Virus record (IMG/VR): IMGVR_UViG_3300046171_000163
Coordinates: 1 to 61,796 of that record
Source: a virus
Lineage: Duplodnaviria > Caudoviricetes
Length of the DNA: 61,796 bases
Strand: one strand, 5' to 3'
Shown: piece by piece, positions 18,705 to 30,154 of the stretch
Position numbering within the stretch: position 1 is the first letter of the stretch
Layout: each line of letters begins with the position of its first letter
Made by a program: the position numbers and the translations under genes
The notes under the pieces: model-generated
What the model saw: the letters and a program-made list of their open reading frames with translations, nothing else
Database searches by the model: none
What the model was told of the DNA's origin: nothing

Positions 18705-21700
18705 ATGTCTATAATACCAACATTAATAAAAGGTGTTAAAGGCGCTAGTAAACTTAAAAGTATTTTAATTAAAGCCGAAAAAACAGATAGAAGAAAACCT
18801 GGTAATCTTGGTCTAGACACAAAACTAAAAGCTATTGCCTACAAATTTAAAAACCCTTACGCTACAACGGATGAAGTAGCAGATAAATTTAAACTTGCTC
18901 ATGGTTCTGCAGGTAATTATATAAAAGACGCCGGCTTATCTACTCCAATTGTTGGTTTAAAGAAAAAAACAAAAGATGAGATACAACAGGTAATAAAGGG
19001 ATTTAAACAATACAAAAAAGAATTTGGCAAAAACCCATCTAAAGATCAACTTTCTACATATCTTGGTTTTGAAAAAATTGGTGGTGCTAGTAAAATTAGT
19101 AGACTAACAGATTATATAAAAAAAGCTGGAGTAAAAGACCCTTTTAAAAATTTAAAATTTAAACTAGGAACAGCAACTAGAGATGGTAAGTATAAAAGGT
19201 CAGACATAATAGAATTTAAAGATATAAAAAAACAAGAATTTTATAATGATCCAAACATACCTAAAGAAGTAAAAGACATAAGAAGAAGAATAGATAAAAC
19301 TACTAGAAAATGGAATAAGGCAAACCCTCTTGATAAAAGAGTATTAGACCATATTGATAATTACTGGAACGCTGCATCAAAAGAAGTGCCTTATGAAGAT
19401 ATAGCTAATTGGCAAATTATTGGTAAAAAAATTAATGGGGTTAAAGCTGCTTTATATGAAAACACTAAAACAGGAGCTAAACATTTAAGCAATAAATTAA
19501 AAAATGCAAAAGGCAAAGAAGAGAGACTAGCTATACAGAAGTTATTTGAAGAGCAAATGACAAAACATATGAATATAGTTGATAGAGGTGACGTTATATT
19601 AAAGCTTAAAGGAATAGATGGGATACCTAATAAATTTGCTCGTTATGCAGAAAAAAACACTAAAGAATTTTTTAACACCATGGATCCTATGGAAAGACTA
19701 ACTTCACAATTAGATGAAATGGACATGATTCTTGAAGCAGGAGTAACTCCACAAATTAGTCCTGGCATGATGAATGTTGTTAAGTCTGTTAAGGCAGCAG
19801 GTTTTGAAGAAGGAGGTCGTGTTGGTTATGCTGACGGCTCTGGACCAGAAGGGGTGCAGCCTTTAGACTTTGATCAGTTTTTAAAAATTAACGAAACAGA
19901 ACACGGATTAGTTGGTAAAGATTTAATTGACGAATCTATTAAAGATTTTTTTAGATCTAGAAAAGACAGAAAGAAATTTCTTTCTGGCGGAGCTGTATCA
20001 ATAGATGGCGGTGGCGTAGGATCATCTGTCGACAATCAAGTAGGAATGTTTCAATCAGTATTATCTGGAATAGGTGCAGGTATAATTGATATACCTAAAG
20101 GTGCATTTAGTTTAGGAGCAAGTTTAATGGACTTGGGATTAGGAACAAGTCATGCAGCAAGTGTAGAAAAATTTTTTGATGATCTAACTACGTTAGATGA
20201 AAAAGCAGAAGCAACAACTGCTGGTAAGATTACTCGTATCATGACTAACTTAGGTATTCCCGGAACATATGCGTTTAAAACAGCCGCAGGATTATCAAAG
20301 AAAGCTTTACTAGCAAAAAAAGCTGGAACGTATTGGAAGCCTACTAAAAACGCTGCAGGAGAATTAGAAAAAACATTAACTAATAAAGGTCGTATGTTGA
20401 CAACTCTTGGTGGTGTAGGTGGTGTTGGAGCAAGTGATGCTATTTTTGTAGGTGACGCAGAACAAGTTGGAACACTTGGTGACGCGTTTAACATAGGAAT
20501 AACGCAACTTGCTGACAACGACGAGAACAACGCAGCGCGGACCGTAATGAACAGAGTCAAGTTTGGTATAGACTCAGCATTTCTAGGTGGCGTTATTGGT
20601 GGAACGGGGACCGCTATTAAACAAGCAGTAAAGAGAAGTAATAAATTAAATCGTAACAATGATTTTATAGATAAAATATTAGAGTACACTACTCCACAAG
20701 GAAGGAAAGACTAAAGAATTTTTTGAAATGGAACGTGAATTAATTGGTAAACGTTCTGCAGACGCTAATCGTATTCAAGAGCTACATAGGCAATTAGATA
20801 AAAACATAGACGCACTGTATCCTTTTGTATCAAGAATAAGTGGTGTTGGAGTGCAAAAAGAAAGAGATGCTATGGTTAAAGTAATAAACAACGCTTTAAC
20901 TTCAGGTAAGCCAAACGTTAAAGAAGTTGTAGACGAAGCTGGAGAAAAGGTTGCTCAGTTTACTCTTGGCGACATGGACGCAAAAGCATTATCTGAACTT
21001 AGAAAATTAAAACTAAAAGATCCTGAAGAAGTTATTAAAATACTGCAGCAGTCTAGAAAAATTATGGATAATTCTTTTACTGCTATTGGAAGCAATATTC
21101 TTAAATCAGGGACTGCTACTAAAGAAGCTGCTGACGCTACCCTAGAGCGTTTTGGTAAATTTAAAACTGCGTTTGAAACAAAATCTTTAGATTGGATAAA
21201 TGACACTTATCAAATATATGGAAACAAAAGCAGTGACGCCTTAAAAGGCTTTAGACCTGCTGATGAAGCTATTACTAATGCAAAAGAATTGTTTAAACAA
21301 TTATCTTTAAAAAGAACTGGTAAAGCTATGAGTGATGAAGACGCTGCTTATGAAGTAGAACGTATTTTAGAAAGCACTAAAAAAACTATGTCTAAGTCGC
21401 CTAACAAAGCATTGTCTTCTGAAGCAGAAGGTGTACCGTTTATAAAAGATGAAACAGGGTTTTTAAAAGACACTGCGATTTCTGACTGGACTAAAGAATA
21501 TTTGCCATTAAACAAATTAGCAAAAGATGAACTTACAGGTTCTCTAACAGGCCTAACTCCTAAAAATATCATGGATGATTTACTTGGTAAGGTAAATGAT
21601 CCTAGTGCAACAATATTAAACTCTATGTCTAAACTTTCTTTAATTAGACGTAAGTACGAATTCTTTGATGATTTAAGTAGTACTATGATGGGTAAACAGT

Positions 21701-23907
21701 TTTTTACTAGCAGAAGAGAAGCGGCTAAAGTTTTTGGTGATAATAATGTTTATGAAAAAGGAATTAATATGCAAGCTACTCAACCTGGAGGAAGCATGTA
21801 TACAGAAGCCCTTAACCCATTGCAAGGAGTATACACAAGTAAAGGTATTCAAGATGCGTTAGAAGGTGTTAACAAAGGTTTTTTTGATTTTACAGAAGCG
21901 GATAACATATTTGCTTCTATGTATAACAATTTAATTCTATACCCAAAAGCAACTTCGCAGTTAGCTAAAACAGTTCTTTCTCCTATTACACACGTACGTA
22001 ATTTAATTTCTGCAGCTGCGTTTTCTTCAGCCAACGGTATTATGCCATTAATGAACAAAGAAGCATTAGACGAAGCAATGGGAGCATTTAGACAAGTTGG
22101 TGCAAAAGGCAGCGAGGCTTCTAACAAAAGATACAGAGAACTATTAAGACTTGGTGTAGTTAATAAAAACGCTAGATTAGGTGACCTAGAAGATTTACTT
22201 GCCGATATAGATTTTGGTTCAAAAGCATCACAGATGCGAGCTATACGATCCTTTACAAAGGCAGGTAGTAAACTTAAAGAGGGTGCAACAGACCTGTATA
22301 CAGCTGAGGATGATTTTTGGAAAATATTTACATTTGCAACAGAGCGCTCTCGTATAGGTAAAGCTTTAGACAAAGCAGGAATAGATAAAAATGTTTTTGC
22401 AACTTCTGCTGACAATGATTTAGGCAGGGCCTTTGCTAATGCAGATGAATATTTAGATGAAGCAGCTGCAAACATTGTACGTAATAATGTACCTAACTAT
22501 GATTATGTTTCTAAGTTTGTAAAAGATTTAAGAAGGGCTCCGTTTGGTAACTTTGTGTCTTTCCCTGCAGAAATTATGCGTACTAGTGTAAACATTATGG
22601 GTAAAGGTTTGAAAGAATTTAACTATGTAGATCCTGTTACAGGAGCTAAACCATTTAGAGCAATAGGTATGCAACGTTTAGCTGGGTTTGGTGCAACAGC
22701 TGTAGCAATACCTTACGCAACTGTAGAAGCTTTTAAAGCAGCTTACAACGTAAGTGGTATTGAAATGGATGCACTAAGAAGATTTGTTCCTGACTGGTCT
22801 AAGAATTCAACACTAATACCGATTAAAGATGAAGATGGTAAACTAAAATATATTGATTTTTCTCACGCTAATGCATACGACACAATGATTAGGCCTTTTA
22901 AAACTGTTATGAATGCAATTGCAGATGGTAGAACTGATAATGATACTATTATGGAAGATGTTATACAAGGAACAGTAGAGGCAACTTCAGAACTGGGCTC
23001 ACCTTTTATTAGTGAATCTATTTGGACACAAGCTATTGGTGATGTTTTTTTAAGAGGAGGTCGTACTAAAGATGGTAGAAGGCTATATACAGATCAAACA
23101 CCGTTCGGTGATCGTGTATTTGAAGCAGCTAAACATATGGCAGAAGCGCAGTATCCAGGTTCAATTAAACAAGGACAAAGACTATTTCAATCTATAACAA
23201 AAAACCCTGATGAATACGGCAGAACTTTTGAACTAAAAGACGAAGCATTAGGTTTTGCTGGACTACGTGCAGTAGAAATTGATCCGGTAACTTCCATGAA
23301 ATTTAAAATTGCTAGTTTTAGAACTGGTATTAATAATGCTCGTCGTGAGTTTACTTCTCCTTTACTTAAAGGTGGACCGGTGACTCCAGAACAAATTGTT
23401 GATAGATATAAAATTGCTAACGAAGCTTTATACAAAGTGCAGAAAGAAATGTCACAAGATTATTATGGAGCATTAATACTTGGTGCCGGCAATAAGCCAT
23501 TACAAAATGAGTTTAAAGACAGAGTATCTAACGCTCAACTTAGAGCTATTATAAATGGAGATTTTAAACCATTTATACCATCAGAAAACATTCAAAAAGC
23601 ATTTAGGGACAACGCTAATAAAATAGGTCAAGGTGATCCGTATAGCGCAGCCAAAGCAACAATTAATAGAATAGCTAGGCAGTATAATAAACTTAAATTA
23701 TTTGATGATGCTTTACCAGATATAGAAAACCCATTTAGTGCTTCTACTGTAGGTTTACCTTCATTAAATACTACACAAACTAGTTTACCTGGATTGAATA
23801 CTGGTATAAATTCACTTACTGGGGGTACTTCCAGTCTAGGACTAAACAGAACCATGCAAAAAGGCCAACAAGTTTTTGGTCCAAACGATACAGTATTTGG
23901 GAGCTAA
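18705..23907 (+). CDS. Very large internal virion/ejection protein with N-terminal HTH+HNH-like region, interrupted by an apparent +1 frameshift near 20703 (ORFs 18705-20714 and 20728-23907)
   Basis: Removing one A from CAA GGA AGG AAA GAC TAA gives CAA GGA GGA AAG ACT AAA GAA TTT TTT GAA ATG, joining both ORFs; downstream motifs KTVLSP.TH.RN, Y.AEDDFWK, PNY, PFGNFVSFPAEI.RT. Confidence 0.6.
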
Positions 23908-23909
23908 TT

Positions 23910-24135
23910 ATGGAAATGGAACCACAAACAGAACGCGAACACATAATTTCAATACAGGGACATATAACCGGAGTGAAACGAGAAGCTAGATAATATAAAA
24001 CAAGATGTGTCACACGTGCACAAGGACGTAGAGAAATTGGGCGGTAAGATAGACAAAATCTATTGGGTTGTTTTAACTACGGTGGGGGCCGTTGGTTTAA
24101 TTGTTATTGAGACATTGTTAGGGATGATTAAATGA
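23910..24135 (+). CDS. Small coiled-coil plus C-terminal TM protein (holin/XhlA-like), apparent +1 frameshift near 23984
   Basis: MEMEPQTEREHIISIQGHITGVKRE in one frame continues as LDNIKQDVSHVHKDVEKLGGKIDKIYWVVLTTVGAVGLIVIETLLGMIK in the +1 frame, ending in an ATGA overlap with 24132. Confidence 0.5.
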
Positions 24136-25331
24136 TACCTATAGGAAACATAAACCTTGACGAATTAGAAATACCTGGCAATACTCCTGATATGCTTGGA
24201 TTTGGCGCGTCGATACCTGGAGGACCAGGAGCAGAACAAATGCCAAAAGGAATACTACAAGGAATAGCTGCTAAACAACCTGCTCTAGGACAACTAGGGC
24301 CTGATCCAAGTGTAATATTCGACGAAACTTTTGGTGGTCAAAAAATACCATATAATGCAACGGTTGCTTCAGATCCATATAAAAATTACAACGTAGCAGA
24401 TACTTATAAGCAATCTGACTTCTACGATAATTCTATGAACTCTCAAGGATATTTAGATTTTCTTCAAGACGCTAGAGATAATTTTATGAGAAGAGATATG
24501 CAAATGGATGGGAAGTCTGCGGCGTACAATGATGCACGAAGTAAAATTTTTGATGCATACGACACCTTTAATCCAGTAACTAATATAGCTGAGCAAAAAG
24601 CGTACTATGCTGCAAACCCATATACACTTGGTGGTCCTGGAAACGTAAGAAAATACGACGATGGTTTCTTTTTAGAGCCAATTCCAAGAGGTGGATTTGT
24701 TCCAAGAGGTGGAAGTGAAATGGACCCAGGAACAGGAATGAATCTTAGTCCTACTGGTCAAATATTAGATGAATTTGGTAATCCTGTTACGGGTACAGCC
24801 ACAGCAGCTGCAGGAATGGGTCAAGAAGACAATCGTTCTTTAGAAGAAAAAATGATAGAAAGGTATGGCAGTATGGACAACGTACCTCATACTAATTTAG
24901 GTTTTGAACCAGCTCCTACAAATACTATGCAGCCAATATTAACACCTGGAGTTGATTATGATGCGCAAGCGAATGATGCTGGTGGAATGAATACTTTTGC
25001 AGACAATACTGATTTCTTTAACAATATGCATTCATCACCATTTACAAATGCCAGCATATTCGCAAACGAACCCACTGGTCCCGTAACTCCACAACAACCA
25101 ACAGGTGGTATGAATTCTGATTTTGCAAATCAATTATTAAGTGGCATAGGTAATCTGTTTGACAAATATTTATCAAGCCCAAGTATGAAACAAAATAATT
25201 TAGGTATGGGTTCTACTAATCAAATAACACCACCTACTCCACCAGAACAAATGATGACAGCAGACACACAAAGCTCTATGCCTAACTCTCTAGGTAGCCA
25301 AGGAATGTTTACACCGGGCCGAGGATACTAA
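24132..25331 (+). CDS. Hypothetical low-complexity (Met/Pro/Gly/Asn-rich) protein
   Basis: 399-aa ORF, coupled on both sides. Confidence 0.5.
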   Translation: MIPIGNINLDELEIPGNTPDMLGFGASIPGGPGAEQMPKGILQGIAAKQPALGQLGPDPSVIFDETFGGQKIPYNATVASDPYKNYNVADTYKQSDFYDNSMNSQGYLDFLQDARDNFMRRDMQMDGKSAAYNDARSKIFDAYDTFNPVTNIAEQKAYYAANPYTLGGPGNVRKYDDGFFLEPIPRGGFVPRGGSEMDPGTGMNLSPTGQILDEFGNPVTGTATAAAGMGQEDNRSLEEKMIERYGSMDNVPHTNLGFEPAPTNTMQPILTPGVDYDAQANDAGGMNTFADNTDFFNNMHSSPFTNASIFANEPTGPVTPQQPTGGMNSDFANQLLSGIGNLFDKYLSSPSMKQNNLGMGSTNQITPPTPPEQMMTADTQSSMPNSLGSQGMFTPGRGY

Positions 25332-26137
25332 TGACATTTTCTGAAGCCTTTGCAAAAGCAAGAAAAGAACAAGGACCAGGTGGGGTATTTACCTACAAAG
25401 GTAAAAAGTATTCTACTAATAGAGCCGATGATAAAGCAAAGACAGCCAAGAATAATGTAGAAAAGAAAACAGATATTATTCCTGTTAAAAAACCTAAAGT
25501 AGAAAAGAAAACAGAAAAAAAGAAAAAAGATATTATTCCTGTTAAAAAACCTAAAGTAGAAAAGAAAAGTGATCTAGTTTCTGATAATATAGAGTATCAA
25601 ATTAAAGATTTAATTCAAAAAAATGTTTTAGGACCACTGGGCTTTGACCCTAAAACGTTAACAGAAGAAGATTTTGGTGACACCACTATAGACGCTTTAA
25701 AAATAGCTGCACAGAACGCTATTGATGCTGATAGGGAAGGAGTTATTTATGCAGACTACGACGATATTTTAGGTAGCACATATAGCGACTCTATATTTAA
25801 GTCAATTACTGACCCAGACAAAATTGCAAAAACAACTTTTGGTATGAGTGGGTCACCAATGACAGTTGGAGAAGATGGAAATTTATATTTTAATGATCAG
25901 TACAATTTTGATAATCCTCAAGGGAGTAATCTTGGTGAAAAGATGCTTATGCTTGGTAAAGACGTTGTTAATAATCCAAGTCCTTATGGCATTATGAGAG
26001 CAATAAGTGGACAGTTTGGATCAGGAACTGGAGAAGGATCTCCAATAAAAATTAATCTTGGACCAGCATCTGACTTTTATGATGAAGATCAACTAGCCGG
26101 TATCATGTCAACAGAAGCAGCAAAGGATAAAGCATAA
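25331..26137 (+). CDS. Hypothetical protein with N-terminal TF..AF..AR...G...F...GK.Y.T module and Lys-rich repeat
   Basis: Motif seen in translation; DIIPVKKPKVEKK occurs twice. Confidence 0.5.
   Translation: MTFSEAFAKARKEQGPGGVFTYKGKKYSTNRADDKAKTAKNNVEKKTDIIPVKKPKVEKKTEKKKKDIIPVKKPKVEKKSDLVSDNIEYQIKDLIQKNVLGPLGFDPKTLTEEDFGDTTIDALKIAAQNAIDADREGVIYADYDDILGSTYSDSIFKSITDPDKIAKTTFGMSGSPMTVGEDGNLYFNDQYNFDNPQGSNLGEKMLMLGKDVVNNPSPYGIMRAISGQFGSGTGEGSPIKINLGPASDFYDEDQLAGIMSTEAAKDKA
25471..25568 (+). repeat. 41-bp exact direct repeat, period 57
   Basis: agatattattcctgttaaaaaacctaaagtagaaaagaaaa at 25471 and 25528. Confidence 0.85.
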
Positions 26138-26598
26138 TGAACTTATCAAACAACTTTACATTAGCAGAGCTAACTAAATCTCAAACAGCGGTACGTAAGA
26201 ATATTAATAATGAACCGGGGACCGCGGAGATTGAAAATCTTATTCACCTAGCGAAGACTGTCTTACAACCAGTGCGCGAGCATTTTGGTAAACCAGTCAT
26301 GATATCCTCAGGCTACAGAAGCCCAGAGCTGTGCGAGGCTATCGGGTCTTCGGCTAAGTCACAGCATGCCAAGGGTGAGGCAGCAGACTTTGAGATTAAT
26401 GGAGTTGACAACAAGGAACTTGCATCGTGGATTAGTAAAAACTGTGACTTTGATCAATTGATACTAGAGTTCTATGATGGTGTTGATCCCAATTCAGGGT
26501 GGGTTCATTGCTCAGCATCCATGTCAAGATCAAGAAAACAAACATTGAAGGCAGAAAAAGTAGAAGGAAGAACGTCGTACGTTCCAATTCTTTTTTAG
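26137..26598 (+). CDS. Endolysin, peptidase M15A family
   Basis: LS.NFTL.EL..S, ISSGYRS, SQH..G.AAD, DQLILE, WVH motifs. Confidence 0.85.
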   Translation: MNLSNNFTLAELTKSQTAVRKNINNEPGTAEIENLIHLAKTVLQPVREHFGKPVMISSGYRSPELCEAIGSSAKSQHAKGEAADFEINGVDNKELASWISKNCDFDQLILEFYDGVDPNSGWVHCSASMSRSRKQTLKAEKVEGRTSYVPILF

Positions 26599-28043
26599 AT
26601 CCAGTTCTTAAGATCTTCTCCCATAATTTCATTTGCTATATTTACCTTTGTCCTTAATGCTTTTACAATACGTTCATCTATAGTACCTTCTGCAATTAAA
26701 TCTATGTACAATACACTGCCAGTCTGGCCGATGCGGTGCGCTCTATCTTCTGATTGTAGTCTTTTTTCTAGGTCATATGAGTTAGAAAAGTAAATTACTG
26801 TATTTGCGGCCGTAAGGGTAATTCCGTACCCTCCAGTTTGTGCATTTCCTACGAAATAGCGTGTAGGGCCCTTTTCTTGCTGAAACTGAGCAATGTGCTC
26901 CTGGCGAAGGGTAGCATCCACCCCACCGTGATATTCGACTGTAGAGGCTTCTCCGTAAGCTTTTTTTAAAGATTCGACTATTTTTTTGATGTCCTCACGG
27001 TAAGTTGCCCATATTATGACCTTGCCGTCAGTTTCTTCTAGACAATCCATTAAAGCCTGTATTCGATTGTTAGGAAGATGTTTTACTGTACCATCGTCAG
27101 CTTTAAACGTACCACAAGTGACTTGATGCAACCGCATCAACTGTGTCATAACATTTACTGTTGACATAACTTTGCCATCTTCTGTAAATGCCAACGCCGT
27201 TTCTTTTAGTTGCGCGTATATTTCTTTTTGCTCTTTAGATAATTCTACAATACGTTTAGTAAATACTTTTTCTGGTAGATCTAAGCAGTCTTCTTTCAAC
27301 ACACGATAAGAAAAATCATCTAGCTTATCTCCAAGTTCATCTAGTCTTCTATAACTAGTAACTAATTGCACTGAACGACCGCCAAAATTTCTCTTGACCA
27401 TATTTGCATAACGTGCACGAAAACTGTAATAAGAGTTGTGGCCTAATAGCCAAGGGTCCAGGAATTCACATTGACTATATAAGTCAAGCGGAGACTTGGT
27501 TACGGGAGAGCCTGTCAATATTCTACGGTACTTCGCGAGTTCCCCAATGGTTAAAATATTTTTTGTTCGCTTTGCTGTCGGACTCTTGATCGTCGTAGAT
27601 TCGTCAATTCCTATTAAAGCTCTTCCAAGAAAGATGTTAAGGAAACTATGCGCAAAGTCCAGACCTTTCGACGTAGAAAAAGCTTCTACGTTCATTATCA
27701 GTATCTTAAGTTCTTCTTTACCATCAAATAATGTATCTAACTCAGTCTGTTTTTTCTTAGTTATGTTTGCTTCCCACAATACTTTTGTGTGTTCGACATG
27801 GTCTGGTAGATGTACAGGAAATTCTATTTGGTCCCAATTCTTGTAAACACCTTTAGGTGCCACTATTAGTGCACCGCGGATCGCGCCATTGTCGTATAAC
27901 ATAGCAATGTTATCCACAAGTACTTTAGATTTGCCGGTACCCATTTCCATGAATAAAGCGTAGTTTTTCTGCGCCCACGACTTTTTTAAAGCCTTTAATT
28001 GATGGGCATAAGGCTTGGTTTTATACCTATATGTATCTATCAT
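26595..28043 (-). CDS. SNF2-family (SF2) helicase
   Basis: PY.HQ, MEMGTGKS, IDES, LTGSP, GG.G.TLT.A, QSEDRAHRIGQ. Confidence 0.9.
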   Translation of the reverse strand: MIDTYRYKTKPYAHQLKALKKSWAQKNYALFMEMGTGKSKVLVDNIAMLYDNGAIRGALIVAPKGVYKNWDQIEFPVHLPDHVEHTKVLWEANITKKKQTELDTLFDGKEELKILIMNVEAFSTSKGLDFAHSFLNIFLGRALIGIDESTTIKSPTAKRTKNILTIGELAKYRRILTGSPVTKSPLDLYSQCEFLDPWLLGHNSYYSFRARYANMVKRNFGGRSVQLVTSYRRLDELGDKLDDFSYRVLKEDCLDLPEKVFTKRIVELSKEQKEIYAQLKETALAFTEDGKVMSTVNVMTQLMRLHQVTCGTFKADDGTVKHLPNNRIQALMDCLEETDGKVIIWATYREDIKKIVESLKKAYGEASTVEYHGGVDATLRQEHIAQFQQEKGPTRYFVGNAQTGGYGITLTAANTVIYFSNSYDLEKRLQSEDRAHRIGQTGSVLYIDLIAEGTIDERIVKALRTKVNIANEIMGEDLKNWI

Positions 28044-28064
28044 AAAATAATTTATTATTCTTTC

Positions 28065-28100
28065 TTGACATTAATGTATATATGATTATCTTATTGTCAA
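28065..28100. promoter_or_regulatory. Overlapping divergent sigma70-like promoters
   Basis: TTGACA at 28065-28070 (+; TATCTT after 16 bp) and TTGACA at 28100-28095 (-; TACATT after 16 bp) between divergent genes. Confidence 0.6.
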
Positions 28101-28118
28101 CAAGAAAGTATAATAAAA

Positions 28119-28526
28119 ATGAAACACAGAATTTTTGAACTATATAAACCACGTTCACTCGCAGAGTTTTTGGCATTCTACAAAGAGAATCCTAAGGAAA
28201 CTTTTGTATATGTATTACAGCACCCGGCGCCACAAATAAATATTTTAAGTGCGTCAGATTTTGGATATTTGGTAATTTGTTTACCATCAACAGATAATAT
28301 GTTGTACAGCACGGCACCTTTTATTAGAAAGATGAGAAAAAATTTACAGGATTTTAAACCCGATGATTATATTTTATGTACGGGTGATCCTTCAATTATT
28401 GGATTATCCACTGCTATTGTTAGTGACATTACGCAAGGACAGTTTAATCTCTTGAAATGGGATAGACAAGAGAGAAGATATTATCCCTTAATGATAGACA
28501 TATATAATAAAGGAGAAATAGAGTGA
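28119..28526 (+). CDS. Conserved hypothetical replication-module protein
   Basis: VYV.Q...INI..A..FG...DYIL..GDP..I...LLKWDRQ...YYP. Confidence 0.55.
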   Translation: MKHRIFELYKPRSLAEFLAFYKENPKETFVYVLQHPAPQINILSASDFGYLVICLPSTDNMLYSTAPFIRKMRKNLQDFKPDDYILCTGDPSIIGLSTAIVSDITQGQFNLLKWDRQERRYYPLMIDIYNKGEIE

Positions 28527-29083
28527 GTACACTTACATTAGATGATCTAGAACAAGATCAACAAAACTTAATAGAAAAATCAGATATAAAAACTTTGGCT
28601 ATGCATTGTCAAGAACTGCAGGCGCATGAAGAAGAGATTATAAGACTAGAAGAACAAGTTAAAGATATCAAACAAAAAGCAGATAAAATTTCATCAGAGG
28701 TGATACCAGAATTACTTGCAGAGCAAGGGCTGTCATCTTTGAAACTTGCTGATGGTAGTGGAGTAGAAGTTAAAAAAACTTACAGTTGCACTGTAAAAAA
28801 AGACTCTATGGAATTAGCATACAACTGGCTTCGAGAGAATGGACTCGGTGATCTTATTAAAAATGAGGTTGCTGTTACATTCGGTAAAGGCGAAGATAAC
28901 AAGGCAGAGCAATTGCTTAGCCTTGCAGAGCAAGAAGGTTATGAGCCTCAACAAAAACAAAAAGTTGAGCCCATGACATTGAAGGCTCTCTACAGGGAGC
29001 GTGTCGAGGCCGGCCTCGACATGCCTTCCGAATTCTTTCACACGTTTGTGAAGGATCAAACTAAAATAGGCCGGAAATCGTGA
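28523..29083 (+). CDS. Conserved hypothetical protein upstream of SSB
   Basis: Coiled coil then IP..L.E.GL..LKL.DG...WLR.NGLGDLIKN.V.V.FG. Confidence 0.55.
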   Translation: MSTLTLDDLEQDQQNLIEKSDIKTLAMHCQELQAHEEEIIRLEEQVKDIKQKADKISSEVIPELLAEQGLSSLKLADGSGVEVKKTYSCTVKKDSMELAYNWLRENGLGDLIKNEVAVTFGKGEDNKAEQLLSLAEQEGYEPQQKQKVEPMTLKALYRERVEAGLDMPSEFFHTFVKDQTKIGRKS

Positions 29084-29114
29084 ATCATGAAACATTAACA
29101 AGGAGAATATAATC

Positions 29115-29876
29115 ATGAACCAAGTAGCAGAAAAAAAGAAGACAGACATTGCTTTAACAAGCATGTTTGAAGAAGACGCTAATACAGCTATAGGAGAAAT
29201 GGGAGCAGAAGATTTTGCTTTACCTTTCCTAAGAGTATTAGGACAACTATCACCCGAGATAAATAAACGGGACGCTAAGTACATAGAAGGCGCTGAAGCA
29301 GGTATGATATTTAATACCGTGACTAAGCAAGTGTATGATGGTGAGAAGGGAATCAACATAATTCCATGTTATTATAAACGTGAGTATGTTGAATGGTCGG
29401 ATAGAGGAACAGGAACAAGTGCTCCTGTAGCTATACATCCGTCAACAAGTGATATCATCAATCAAGCTAAACGTGATGCAAATTACAAAGATAGATTATC
29501 TAATGGTAACTATCTTGAAAACACTGCATCGTATTTTGTATTGACTGAAGATATGCAAACCGCACTAGTAACCATGAAATCTACGCAGTTAAAAGTTGCG
29601 AAGAACTGGAACACTATGATGAACACGTTAAAGATCAAAGGAAAGAATGGTCTGTTCACACCGGCGGCTTACAGTCACGTGTATAACCTTAAAACAGTAG
29701 AACAATCAAACGACAAGGGAACTTGGTTTGGTTGGAGTGTTGAAAAGGTTGGACCAGTACAAGAAAAATCTTTGTATGAGTCCGCAAAAAGTTTTGCTGA
29801 GAGTGTGTCTAAGGGAGACGTCAAAGCAAAACATGGTAATGACAGTACTAAGTCAGACGACGAAGTACCGTTTTAA
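29115..29876 (+). CDS. Single-stranded DNA-binding protein
   Basis: LPFL..L..LSP, MKSTQLK, GTWFGW, acidic tail DDEVPF. Confidence 0.65.
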   Translation: MNQVAEKKKTDIALTSMFEEDANTAIGEMGAEDFALPFLRVLGQLSPEINKRDAKYIEGAEAGMIFNTVTKQVYDGEKGINIIPCYYKREYVEWSDRGTGTSAPVAIHPSTSDIINQAKRDANYKDRLSNGNYLENTASYFVLTEDMQTALVTMKSTQLKVAKNWNTMMNTLKIKGKNGLFTPAAYSHVYNLKTVEQSNDKGTWFGWSVEKVGPVQEKSLYESAKSFAESVSKGDVKAKHGNDSTKSDDEVPF

Positions 29877-29885
29877 TTAACCATG

Positions 29886-29922
29886 ATGTTCCGGGCAACT
29901 CCCCCTGCCCGGAACATATTTC
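29886..29922 (+). terminator. Hairpin after SSB, probable terminator
   Basis: 12-bp stem ATGTTCCGGGCA / TGCCCGGAACAT with 8-nt loop, weak T-tail. Confidence 0.6.
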
Positions 29923-29926
29923 TAGT

Positions 29927-30154
29927 ATGAAAAGAAGCAGAGAATCGTTATATCAAATGCGTTACTATCGTAAAAAAACGATGGACGCTTTACGTAATGA
30001 AAATAAACGGCTGAAAGAGCGAATTAATTTAATTCTAGACAGTCCGGAGGGAAAAGAATATAAACGAAGAAAGGCTCGCGAATACTATCGTGAGTATAGA
30101 GAGAAAAATAAAGATAAAATTAGAGAGTATCAAAGAGAGTATGCAAAAATTTAA
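29927..30154 (+). CDS. Small basic hypothetical protein
   Basis: 75 aa, Arg/Lys/Glu/Tyr-rich. Confidence 0.45.
   Translation: MKRSRESLYQMRYYRKKTMDALRNENKRLKERINLILDSPEGKEYKRRKAREYYREYREKNKDKIREYQREYAKI

Noticed and set aside
20712-20714. Stop-codon readthrough or recoding at this TAA
   Set aside because: The downstream ORF is in a different frame, and TAA is the normal stop throughout the genome.
827-23855. Numerous minus-strand ORFs opposite structural genes (e.g. 1076-1531, 7625-8050, 9682-10164, 20150-20689, 21849-22475)
   Set aside because: Antisense shadows of well-supported + strand genes, with no RBS or motifs.
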